From NCBI GenBank assembly GCA_943357745.1, contig CALRGN010000002.1, positions 1-36,764 of the forward strand: a DNA stretch of 36,764 nucleotides, written 5' to 3'. Shown piece by piece: positions 1-7,367 of the stretch. This DNA is from Candidatus Uhrbacteria bacterium. GTDB lineage: Bacteria > Patescibacteriota > Patescibacteriia > UBA9934. A program made the position numbers and the translations under genes. The notes beneath the pieces are model-generated. The model was not told the origin of the DNA and did not search any database. It was given only the letters and a program-made list of their open reading frames with translations. Each line of letters begins with the position of its first letter. Position 1 is the first letter of the stretch.

Positions 1-18
1 AAAAGCTGTAATAACAGT

Positions 19-1428
19 ATGACTGATAAGAGAGTATTCGGGGATCGGATCATTGATGGAATCAAAAATCTCGGCAAATTCATTAAAGATGATGCTGGTA
101 AGGCGCCCAACGTTGACACGCTGTTGGTGAACTTGGTAGATCAACTTAGCCCTCCAATTAAAGCGAAAGAAATTATCACCACACCCGATTGGGCCAAAAA
201 TCAGCCCCAGTCGGCTGGTCGGTGGGGAAGCGAGTGGCCAAGGGTGGCCGTTGATTTAGAAATAATTCTCGGGAACCAAATCGCAAAAACCGAGCCGGTA
301 ACGGACGGCTTGGAGCCGATCATTGGTCGTCATCAACAATTCATAGAACAAAACGCCGGTGATCAAGTGGTATCTGTCCTTAAGACAAAAGATAAAATTA
401 GGTGTGAGGACCGAAAAATCGTTGATGAGTCCCACGGACTTTATGCGGTTATGGACGGAGTATCCACCGCCAAAGGAAAATATAAAGGAGCCGCCGCCGC
501 AGAAATTTTATCTAGAGTGGTGCAATACAACTTGGGAGGGAAATTGGATCAATCGCTAAGAATCTTAGTTGAGTCTGGCGTTGTTTCTGAAGTTGATCTT
601 GATCGCTTAGTTAGAACTGCCTTTTGCGAAACTATTAGATTATCAGAAAAGGCAATTGGAAGAGCTCAACGGTTAGACCCAATCCGATACGGTGCGGTAA
701 CCACCACCCTATCTTGCGCAAAAGTAGTTGAGCTTCCTAGTGGAATAGAGCGCCTCTACTACACTAATTTTGGAGATAGCCGAATTCAAATTGTAAATCC
801 TGACGGTAGTTTTAAACCAGTAACGGTTGATGATAATTTAGTTGGCAATGATGTTAAAGCAGGAGTAATTTTTAGAGCTGACGGCAATCCAATTGATCAG
901 GCGTTTTTAGATGAACTTGATCAATATTCCGATCTCGCCGGTCTTTCTCACAAATATAAAGATTTAGGCCTATTACAGCTGAATGGATCGGGAGGATCAA
1001 GACCAATTGGCATCCGTCAATTGGTCAATAAAAGAAATATCATCACAAATGCGCTGGGGATGTCATATGAGACCGCCACCAATCCACAATTAGCCGATAT
1101 TCAATTTATAGATCTGCTTCCGGGACAATATTTTGTTATAACTTCTGATGGCGTGCATGATAGTGCCAGGCGGGTGGAGATGGAGGCGACTGTTAACCAA
1201 ATTATCGCTGACCCAAATCTAACTGATGATGAAAAACCTAAATTAATTGCTCAAGCCCTTCAAGATCTAGCCTACAAAATTCAAACCACTCCAGATCACC
1301 TACGCGCCAAACCAGATGATACCGCCGCCGTGGTCGGTCGAGCCACTCAAAAACGAGGAATCGTTCAACCGGGCGTTATCCAAGCATTGCCGCGCGAAAT
1401 TTCCGATGAACAGTCAATGGCCGCTTAA
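19..1428 (+). CDS. PP2C-family Ser/Thr protein phosphatase with a ~130-aa N-terminal extension
   Basis: 469-aa ORF. PP2C motifs occur in canonical order: RCED, YAVMDGVS, FGDSR, VITSDGVHD, PDDTAAVV. Confidence 0.7.
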   Translation: MTDKRVFGDRIIDGIKNLGKFIKDDAGKAPNVDTLLVNLVDQLSPPIKAKEIITTPDWAKNQPQSAGRWGSEWPRVAVDLEIILGNQIAKTEPVTDGLEPIIGRHQQFIEQNAGDQVVSVLKTKDKIRCEDRKIVDESHGLYAVMDGVSTAKGKYKGAAAAEILSRVVQYNLGGKLDQSLRILVESGVVSEVDLDRLVRTAFCETIRLSEKAIGRAQRLDPIRYGAVTTTLSCAKVVELPSGIERLYYTNFGDSRIQIVNPDGSFKPVTVDDNLVGNDVKAGVIFRADGNPIDQAFLDELDQYSDLAGLSHKYKDLGLLQLNGSGGSRPIGIRQLVNKRNIITNALGMSYETATNPQLADIQFIDLLPGQYFVITSDGVHDSARRVEMEATVNQIIADPNLTDDEKPKLIAQALQDLAYKIQTTPDHLRAKPDDTAAVVGRATQKRGIVQPGVIQALPREISDEQSMAA

Positions 1429-2565
1429 CTAGAAATTATCGTCAATTGAAGTAACCCCACTCTCGGCTGTATTTGGATTGTAATCGGAGGAACTATCAAT
1501 CACCGTACCGATGCTGTAATTGTCAAAGAAAACATCGCTAACCGTAACTAGATCGGCGCCATACCAATCACTGCCGTAATCAGCTACCACTAAAGCTGGG
1601 GTCAGATAATGTCTTAGCACCGCTCCTTCTGCTACAGCGTATACCTCGGCACTACTCGCAAATTTAATCGTGGTTGTACCCGGCTTGATGGTGACATTTT
1701 CACCAATCACCAAACTAGACATAAAACTGGTAGTAACTTCAACTACATCATCAAAGTCATTGTACCAACTAAAGAACACTGCTTCATTTGGGAATGTATG
1801 ACGCTTGTTATCTGTTCCCCAATAGTAAACCGTTTTGCAGGGATCATTTGCCAAGACTTTACTTCCGCATGTGGTCTTAATCAAATCTCCCTCATCAGCT
1901 GATCCGGAGCTCACGGTTGGGGTCGGTATCGGGGTCGCGGTAATAGGAGAAACCGTAACCGTTCTAGCACCACCAACGCTGGTGTTATTATCGCCATCAA
2001 TACAGCTGGTATAAACGCTAAAACTTCCCGGATTCACAAAAGTATAAATTTTGGTGAACAAACCATTACTCCCAGCGGACATAGTTCCCACAGAAACCGA
2101 ACTCACATACAAAGTACAACTGGAAACCAGCGATTCACCACTGGTATTAACCGAGATCGTCAACGCCTTATCTTCAGTGGCGTAATATTGATTGACCAAT
2201 GGCACGGTTGGCCCCACGGTATCAATCTCAAAAGTCAGGGTGGTCTCCGAACTTACCTCGTTGTAATTATTATGCGCCCGTACAGCAATGGTGTGATAAC
2301 CATTCGCAAGAGTGGGTAGTGTAATAGAGTAGACATTAGCAAGATCAAGATATCCGCCATTGTCTAACCGGTAGTCATACCAAGTTGCACCGGCGCTGGC
2401 TTGCCAAGTAAAAGTGGGGGTAGCATCATTGCCGGAAATAGTGCCAACAATTGATAGGTTGAGCGGAGCGCTAACGGCGGCTAAGGATAAAGTTGGGGTC
2501 ATCAAAAGTCCCATTACAACTCCAAGGATCAAACCTAACCGGTAATTAAGGGGAATTATTAACAT
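1429..2565 (-). CDS. Secreted or membrane-anchored protein with Ig/FN3-like N-terminal domains and C-terminal repeat modules
   Basis: 378-aa ORF with a hydrophobic N-terminal signal/anchor (LGLILGVVMGLLMTPTLSLAA). Beta-rich T/S/V-rich domains follow. The C-terminus carries two copies of a VY-x-V-x-x-G-x-x-R-H module. Confidence 0.55.
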   Translation of the reverse strand: MLIIPLNYRLGLILGVVMGLLMTPTLSLAAVSAPLNLSIVGTISGNDATPTFTWQASAGATWYDYRLDNGGYLDLANVYSITLPTLANGYHTIAVRAHNNYNEVSSETTLTFEIDTVGPTVPLVNQYYATEDKALTISVNTSGESLVSSCTLYVSSVSVGTMSAGSNGLFTKIYTFVNPGSFSVYTSCIDGDNNTSVGGARTVTVSPITATPIPTPTVSSGSADEGDLIKTTCGSKVLANDPCKTVYYWGTDNKRHTFPNEAVFFSWYNDFDDVVEVTTSFMSSLVIGENVTIKPGTTTIKFASSAEVYAVAEGAVLRHYLTPALVVADYGSDWYGADLVTVSDVFFDNYSIGTVIDSSSDYNPNTAESGVTSIDDNF

Positions 2566-2644
2566 AATGTATTAATCGACCAATTATTATAATATAGAAC
2601 CTCTAATATCAGGTTAGTCAGATTTTAAGAAAAAGTCAAATCTA

Positions 2645-2719
2645 TGGTCGGGCTGGCGGGGGTTGAACCCACGACCTCTTGCACCCCATGCAAGCGCGCT
2701 ACCACTGCGCTACAGCCCG
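2645..2719 (-). tRNA. tRNA-Pro (anticodon GGG), CCA encoded
   Basis: Hand-folded cloverleaf from the reverse complement: CGGGCTG-TA-GCGC-AGTGGTA-GCGC-G-CTTGC-ATGGGGT-GCAAG-AGGTC-GTGGG-TTCAACC-CCCGC-CAGCCCG-A-CCA. The acceptor stem is 7 bp, the T-loop is TTCAACC, and the anticodon loop is A-T-GGG-G-T. Confidence 0.9.
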
Positions 2720-2746
2720 ATATTTTCCGCTCAATTTAGTCGCCCG

Positions 2747-2775
2747 AATATAGCACCGCTTGCCAAGAATGTAAA
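2747..2775 (-). promoter_or_regulatory. Sigma70-like promoter for tRNA-Pro (TTTACA-17-TATATT on the minus strand)
   Basis: The minus strand reads TTTACA (2775-2770), a 17-nt spacer, then TATATT (2752-2747). This lies about 28 nt upstream of the tRNA 5' end. Confidence 0.5.
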
Positions 2776-2788
2776 CCCGTGCTATGAT
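2760..2788 (+). promoter_or_regulatory. Sigma70-like promoter (TTGCCA-17-TATGAT) driving the ORF-free structured region
   Basis: TTGCCA at 2760-2765, a 17-nt spacer, TATGAT at 2783-2788. It sits back-to-back with the tRNA-Pro promoter. Confidence 0.5.
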
Positions 2789-2794
2789 CTTCCC

Positions 2795-3131
2795 TGAAGT
2801 CTGGTGACATTAAGCTAGACAAATTTCTCCCGTCCCGTTAGGGGTAGCGGGTTAAACCGAAGCTGTGTAGAGGGCAGTAGCGGTCACACTAACGAGTACG
2901 CAGAACTCGTTAATTCATTTCAGTGTTGATGAGAATCATAGCTGACATGCGTTGTGTGTGGGGAGCAGGGGTTTGGCCGGTCCATGTGGCGGGTGAGTCT
3001 CAACGGACATTAAAAAGTGGACTATCTGTAGCAGGCTAAGCTCCTCTTGCCTGTGGCCAAATCTCTGCTGCTCCCCCGCAGCATAACCATCCCGAAAGTT
3101 ACCGTGAAGCTCCACCGCTGGTGGGGCTTTT
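2795..3131 (+). ncRNA. Candidate structured RNA of unknown class (~335 nt), or a long attenuator-type leader
   Basis: No ORF of 60 aa or more in any frame. The region is bounded by a promoter and an intrinsic terminator. Hand-found helices: 2829-2836/2841-2851; 2890-2897/2905-2912 (8 bp, loop ACGCAGA); long-range 2960-2978/3055-3076 (~19 bp with two small bulges) enclosing 2979-2984/3018-3023 and 3031-3036/3049-3054. Confidence 0.45.
3109..3131 (+). terminator. Rho-independent terminator-like hairpin
   Basis: GCTCCACC-GCT-GGTGGGGC forms an 8-bp stem with one G.U pair and a 3-nt loop, followed by TTTT. Confidence 0.5.
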
Positions 3132-3180
3132 GCATTGTCACTGGTCTACTCTCTTAGATTGCGCTACCATACTGACACCT

Positions 3181-3759
3181 ATGTTGAATGAGATTGTCTT
3201 TGATATTGAAACTCAAAATACCTTTGATGAAGTGGGCGGTTATTTTACGGATAAATTAAAACTCTCGGTCATTGGTGTCTATTTTTTTGCCACTGATGAA
3301 TATAAGGCGTTTGAGCAAGCAGATCTGCCCACGCTCTTTCCGCTTTTTGAGAAAAGCACCCGCCTAATTGGTTTCAATTCCATTTCTTTTGACTTACCGG
3401 TTTTAAATAATTATTACATGGGTGATTTGCGTGGGCTCCCTCAACTAGACATCTTAAAAGAAGTAGAAAAATCAATTGGGTTTAGGTTGAAACTAGATTC
3501 AATTGCGCAAGCAACTCTGGGTATGGGGAAGTCTGGGCACGGTCTCCAGGCAGTCCAGTGGTGGCGTGAGGGGAAGGTGCAGGCAGTGAAAGACTACTGT
3601 CTTCAAGATGTAAAAGTGACTAAGGAGATTTATGAATTTGGTCTCAAAAACGGTTACCTTTTATATGACGACCGCGCCGGTGAACGGCAAGTAATTGAGG
3701 TGGATTTCCGGGTGGTGGCAACTCCCCCCAGCGCCGTAAATTTAACCCTAGGACTCTAA
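3181..3759 (+). CDS. DEDD-family 3'-5' exonuclease (RNase H-like fold)
   Basis: ExoI motif FDIET lies right after ATG 3181. ExoII-like motif is GFNSISFDLPVL and ExoIII-like is DYCLQDV. The ORF-track GTG start at 3121 lies inside the terminator hairpin, so ATG 3181 is preferred. Confidence 0.65.
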   Translation: MLNEIVFDIETQNTFDEVGGYFTDKLKLSVIGVYFFATDEYKAFEQADLPTLFPLFEKSTRLIGFNSISFDLPVLNNYYMGDLRGLPQLDILKEVEKSIGFRLKLDSIAQATLGMGKSGHGLQAVQWWREGKVQAVKDYCLQDVKVTKEIYEFGLKNGYLLYDDRAGERQVIEVDFRVVATPPSAVNLTLGL

Positions 3760-3825
3760 TGGTGAGAGCTGACCCTGCCGTTTTCTTCTAACCTCACCGC
3801 CGTTTCCAGATTATCCACACAATAA

Positions 3826-3854
3826 TTCACCAACACAACCCATAGTTGTATACT
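3826..3854 (+). promoter_or_regulatory. Putative nrd promoter (TTCACC-17-TATACT)
   Basis: Hexamers at 3826-3831 and 3849-3854 with 17-nt spacing, about 29 nt upstream of the nrdB ATG. Confidence 0.4.
3833..3848 (+). promoter_or_regulatory. NrdR-box-like site 1 (degenerate)
   Basis: ACACAACCCATAGTTG matches about 11 of 16 positions of the NrdR consensus acaCwAtATaTwGtgt. It starts exactly 32 bp upstream of box 2 and lies between the -35 and -10 hexamers. Confidence 0.4.
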
Positions 3855-3864
3855 GCTCAAAGAC

Positions 3865-3880
3865 ACACAATATGTTGTGT
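3865..3880 (+). promoter_or_regulatory. NrdR-box-like site 2
   Basis: ACACAATATGTTGTGT matches 15 of 16 positions of the NrdR-box consensus and lies immediately upstream of the nrdB start codon. Confidence 0.65.
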
Positions 3881-3882
3881 TT

Positions 3883-4878
3883 ATGTATCAAACCTCTCTT
3901 CAAACATTTGCGCCCATAATGCCCGCCAAACCGGTGGGGCTTTTTAACCCTAGGAAGGTTTATCGGCCCTTTGAGTACCCCCATTTTTATGAATATTTCC
4001 AGAAACAACAACAAGCTCACTGGTTGCCCACTGAAGTTCCCATGGAGAGCGATATTGCTGATTATCGTTTCCGTCTTAGTGAGTCAGAAAAATACCTCAT
4101 CATTCAAATTCTCCGGTTTTTTACCCAAGGTGATATTGAGGTCAATAATAATTACAATCAGCATTTAATCCCTGCCTTTCCCAAGCCAGAAATCAAAATG
4201 ATGCTCTCCGCTTTTGCCTCCACGGAAACCATTCATGTCTGGGCCTATTCCTATCTTAACGACTCGCTAGGCCTTCCGGAACGAGAATATTCCGCCTTTC
4301 TAGATTATCAATCCATGCGCAACAAGTACGAATATTTACAACAATTTAAGGCCGGTACCACCGCCGAGCTCGCTTTGAACATGGCCGTCTTTGGTGGCTT
4401 TATGGAAGGGGTAAATTTATTTGCCTCCTTTGCCATCCTCATGAATTTTCCTAGACTAGGAAAAATGAAAGGGGTGGGACAGATTATTACTTGGAGTATC
4501 AGAGATGAAACTTTGCATTCTAAAGGAGTCTGTCATTTATTTAGAGATCTGATTGCTGAAAACAGAAATATTTGGACCGATTCCTTCCGCTCTGAAATTT
4601 ATAAACGCTGTGATGAGATGGTTGGATTAGAGGACGCCTTTATTGATACTTGCTTTGGGCTCGGTGAAGTTCCCGGCCTCACTCCGGGAGAGGTGAAGCA
4701 ATATATCAGATACATCGCTGATCGCCGTTTGCATGATTTAGGCCTAGACGCCAAGTATCTAGTGAGCAATCCTTTGGAGTGGCTGGATACCATGATCAAT
4801 GCAAAAGAGCACACCAACTTTTTTGAAAACCGAGCCACTGAATATTCTAAAGGGGCGGTGGTTGATGATTGGACTTAG
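3883..4878 (+). CDS. nrdB: Class I ribonucleotide reductase small (beta, R2) subunit
   Basis: Ferritin-like metal ligands and the radical Tyr are present: QGDIEV, ETIHVWAY (E-x-x-H then Y), EGVNLFASF, RDETLH. ATG 3883 is preferred over GTG 3877. Confidence 0.85.
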   Translation: MYQTSLQTFAPIMPAKPVGLFNPRKVYRPFEYPHFYEYFQKQQQAHWLPTEVPMESDIADYRFRLSESEKYLIIQILRFFTQGDIEVNNNYNQHLIPAFPKPEIKMMLSAFASTETIHVWAYSYLNDSLGLPEREYSAFLDYQSMRNKYEYLQQFKAGTTAELALNMAVFGGFMEGVNLFASFAILMNFPRLGKMKGVGQIITWSIRDETLHSKGVCHLFRDLIAENRNIWTDSFRSEIYKRCDEMVGLEDAFIDTCFGLGEVPGLTPGEVKQYIRYIADRRLHDLGLDAKYLVSNPLEWLDTMINAKEHTNFFENRATEYSKGAVVDDWT

Positions 4879-4937
4879 GGACGCCGTAACTTTTCACTGC
4901 CAAGACAGTTACCGAACTTAAATAATTTTTTTTAACT

Positions 4938-6845
4938 ATGCCCACTTACACCACCGTGATTGAAGCCTTAACTGCTAATGATTTGGTCGCCGCCCGAGAT
5001 TTGTTGTTAGCCGATCTTATTGATCAAACTCGGGAATTAAATTCTTGGAGTAGTGAATATTATAATGGCAATCGGGAAATTCAAGAGAATCTTAAGCTTG
5101 ATTATTCCAGAAACCAAAACTTCACTTTTTTTGGACTAGAAAATTTAAGAGACCGATATTTATTAAGAGATGAGGGTAATCTGGTGGTAGAAGATCCGCA
5201 AAAGTTTTTTGCCCGCGTTGCCACCGGCATGGCTAGAGGAGATGCCGCCCACGCCCAATATCTTTATGACATCATGAGCAAAGGCTGGTTCATTGCCTCA
5301 TCACCCACACTCATGAATATCGGCACCAAAAAAGGTCTGCCCATCTCCTGTTTCTTAAATACGGTGCCGGATGATCTAGGAGGGATTTTTGATATTTTTA
5401 AAGAGAACGCTTTCTTAGCCAAATATGGTGGGGGCATTGGCACCGATTGGTCTCGTCTCCGTGGTCAAAATTCTCCTCTTAAATCAAGTGGGCTTCGTTC
5501 CAGCGGTGTAATCCCGTTTCTTAAAGTAATGGATTCCGCCACCATTGCGGTGGCAAGAAACGGCGTCCGTCGCGGCGCCGCCGCCGCCTACTTGAGAATT
5601 GACCATCCCGATATTGAAGATTTTTTGGAGATGAGACGCCCCACTGGTGGCGATACTGATCGCAAGTGTTTAAATTTGAATCACGGTTTGATTATCACCG
5701 ATAAGTTCATGCAAGCGGTGGAGAACAATGAAAAATTTGCGCTTATTGACCCGCATTATGGCACCGTTACTAAAGAATTAGAAGCACTTGCCCTCTGGCG
5801 TCGCATCCTCTCCCTCAGAGCGGAGACGGGGGAGCCGTATTTAATTTTCATTGACACTGTGAATCGTGCCCTCCCTCCTCACCATCAAGCCTTGGGGCTA
5901 ACAGTACGGCAGTCCAATCTCTGCACCGAGATCGTACTTCCCACAGATGACACTCGCACCGCCGTTTGCTGTCTTGGCTCAGTGAACTTAGAAAAATGGG
6001 AAGATTTTTCACCAGAGCTAGAGCAAGTCATCGCTGCCTGCATTAGAGCGCTTGATAATAATCTTGAAACATTTTTAGATAACGCTCATCCCGAGCATTA
6101 CGCTAAAGCAATTAATTCTGTTAAGCATGAGCGCTCCATTGGTCTCGGCACTTTGGGGTATCACGGCCTACTCATGTCTAAGCGGTTACCGTTTGAATCC
6201 GTTTCCGCTCGCACCTTAAACAAAGTCGTCTTTAAAGCAATTTACAGCGCCGCCGTAAAAGCGTCAGAGGCACTGGGCGTTGAACGCGGTTTACCATTAG
6301 ACGGCGGCACTAGAAGAAATTCCTACATAATGGCGATCGCTCCCAACGCCTCCACCTCATTTCTTTGTAACGCTAACTCTCCCTCCATTGAACCCATCGC
6401 TGGCAATGCCTATTTACAGAAAACTCTCTCCGGCAGTTTCCTTGCTAAAAATCGCTATCTTGATGATCTACTCACGGAAAAGGGGATTAATACCCCGGAG
6501 ATTTGGAAACGCATTATCGCCGCCAAGGGTAGTGTAGCTGGACTGTTAGAGCTCACCGAGGAGGAAAAAGCGATTTTCCGTACCGGTTATGAAATGAACA
6601 TGCGGGAAATAGTTGAACAAGCCGCTGATCGTCAACCGTTTGTTGATCAAGCTCAATCAGTCAATTTATTCTTCGAGACTCCAATCTCCGGTAAATATCT
6701 CCATGAAACTCATATGCTTGCCTGGAAGAGTGGGGTAAAAACTCTTTATTACCTTAGATCTTCAGCCCCAATTCAGGCCGATAACATCGCCATTGCTAGC
6801 CAAAAAAGAGACCTTGCCAATGAAGAGTGCGCTGTTTGCCAATAA
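4938..6845 (+). CDS. nrdA: Class I ribonucleotide reductase large (alpha, R1) subunit, no ATP-cone
   Basis: Motifs PTLMNIGT, SCFL, SNLCTEI (active-site N-x-C-x-E) and a C-terminal CAVCQ redox pair. The protein is only 635 aa and has no N-terminal ATP-cone (KRDG-type) sequence. Confidence 0.85.
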   Translation: MPTYTTVIEALTANDLVAARDLLLADLIDQTRELNSWSSEYYNGNREIQENLKLDYSRNQNFTFFGLENLRDRYLLRDEGNLVVEDPQKFFARVATGMARGDAAHAQYLYDIMSKGWFIASSPTLMNIGTKKGLPISCFLNTVPDDLGGIFDIFKENAFLAKYGGGIGTDWSRLRGQNSPLKSSGLRSSGVIPFLKVMDSATIAVARNGVRRGAAAAYLRIDHPDIEDFLEMRRPTGGDTDRKCLNLNHGLIITDKFMQAVENNEKFALIDPHYGTVTKELEALALWRRILSLRAETGEPYLIFIDTVNRALPPHHQALGLTVRQSNLCTEIVLPTDDTRTAVCCLGSVNLEKWEDFSPELEQVIAACIRALDNNLETFLDNAHPEHYAKAINSVKHERSIGLGTLGYHGLLMSKRLPFESVSARTLNKVVFKAIYSAAVKASEALGVERGLPLDGGTRRNSYIMAIAPNASTSFLCNANSPSIEPIAGNAYLQKTLSGSFLAKNRYLDDLLTEKGINTPEIWKRIIAAKGSVAGLLELTEEEKAIFRTGYEMNMREIVEQAADRQPFVDQAQSVNLFFETPISGKYLHETHMLAWKSGVKTLYYLRSSAPIQADNIAIASQKRDLANEECAVCQ

Positions 6846-6902
6846 AATGGCTGGGGAAAAACTGGTCGCAAAAAATCTAGATTACAGTATACTCATCCCC
6901 GT

Positions 6903-7331
6903 ATGAAAATAATCCAAGCAATTGAAGCCTTTATTAACGACCAGCCGGTAGTTGTGAAAGATATTACCGTTCAATCAAATGGTTTTGAAGAAGTTACTCT
7001 AGAGACCGGAGAGGTGGTTTACTGGATCTATACCAATACTAACCTTTGGCTCTCGCTCGATCCCACCGCCGAGGAAATCATCTTGTTTGAAGAGATCCCT
7101 GAAGAACTAGAGCCAGAAGATGAGACGGTGGTCTATCAAGGCGAAGACTTTGAGTTTAGCTATGAAGGGATCGCTCGCCATCAAGATGGTGACACTTCAG
7201 AGATTTATAATTTCCGTGAATATGAAAATTCCCATGGTAAGATTGTAAGAATCACGGAGGATGAAACTACCGGCAACATTACCATCGGTATTGGCACCAA
7301 GGTTACTGAAGATGAATTACAGACCACCTAG
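6903..7331 (+). CDS. Small acidic hypothetical protein (possibly DUF4178-like)
   Basis: 142-aa ORF, strongly acidic (EEIPEELEPEDE), sitting in a tight same-strand gene array. The family assignment rests on recall only. Confidence 0.45.
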   Translation: MKIIQAIEAFINDQPVVVKDITVQSNGFEEVTLETGEVVYWIYTNTNLWLSLDPTAEEIILFEEIPEELEPEDETVVYQGEDFEFSYEGIARHQDGDTSEIYNFREYENSHGKIVRITEDETTGNITIGIGTKVTEDELQTT

Positions 7332-7367
7332 CAGTTACGCTAATTTAAATTACCGGTTTTGGACGGT

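Noticed and set aside
3107-3129. tmRNA/tRNA-Ala-like acceptor signature: AAGCUCC-ACC ... GGGGCUU could pair with a G3.U70 wobble, suggesting a permuted two-piece tmRNA
   Set aside because: No T-arm precedes the AAGCUCC strand. A downstream coding piece would have to overlap the DEDD exonuclease, whose FDIET motif starts at 3196. The same bases are explained more simply as an 8-bp terminator hairpin followed by UUUU.
2795-3131. Assigning the structured region to RNase P RNA, tmRNA or SRP RNA
   Set aside because: - RNase P: no GGAAAGUCC (CR-I), no ACAGAA..GGCUUA (CR-V), and no strand complementary to the AAACCGAAGC segment that could form P4.
- tmRNA: no T-arm (GGUUCGA-type), no 5' GGGG pairing to a 3' ...CCACCA, and no plausible tag ORF. 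The only 'A-A-stop' reading (3078-3086) lies inside a long helix.
- SRP: no GGAA-tetraloop or AGCA domain IV.

A covariance-model search is still needed.
3121-3180. ORF-track GTG start at 3121 for the exonuclease
   Set aside because: The first 20 codons lie within the terminator hairpin and spacer and have no homology signal. ATG 3181 immediately precedes the conserved ExoI motif.
3760-3882. Cobalamin or other riboswitch upstream of the RNR genes
   Set aside because: The spacer is only ~120 nt, has no B12-box or GCCACTG-like elements, and is better explained by a promoter plus NrdR-type palindromes.
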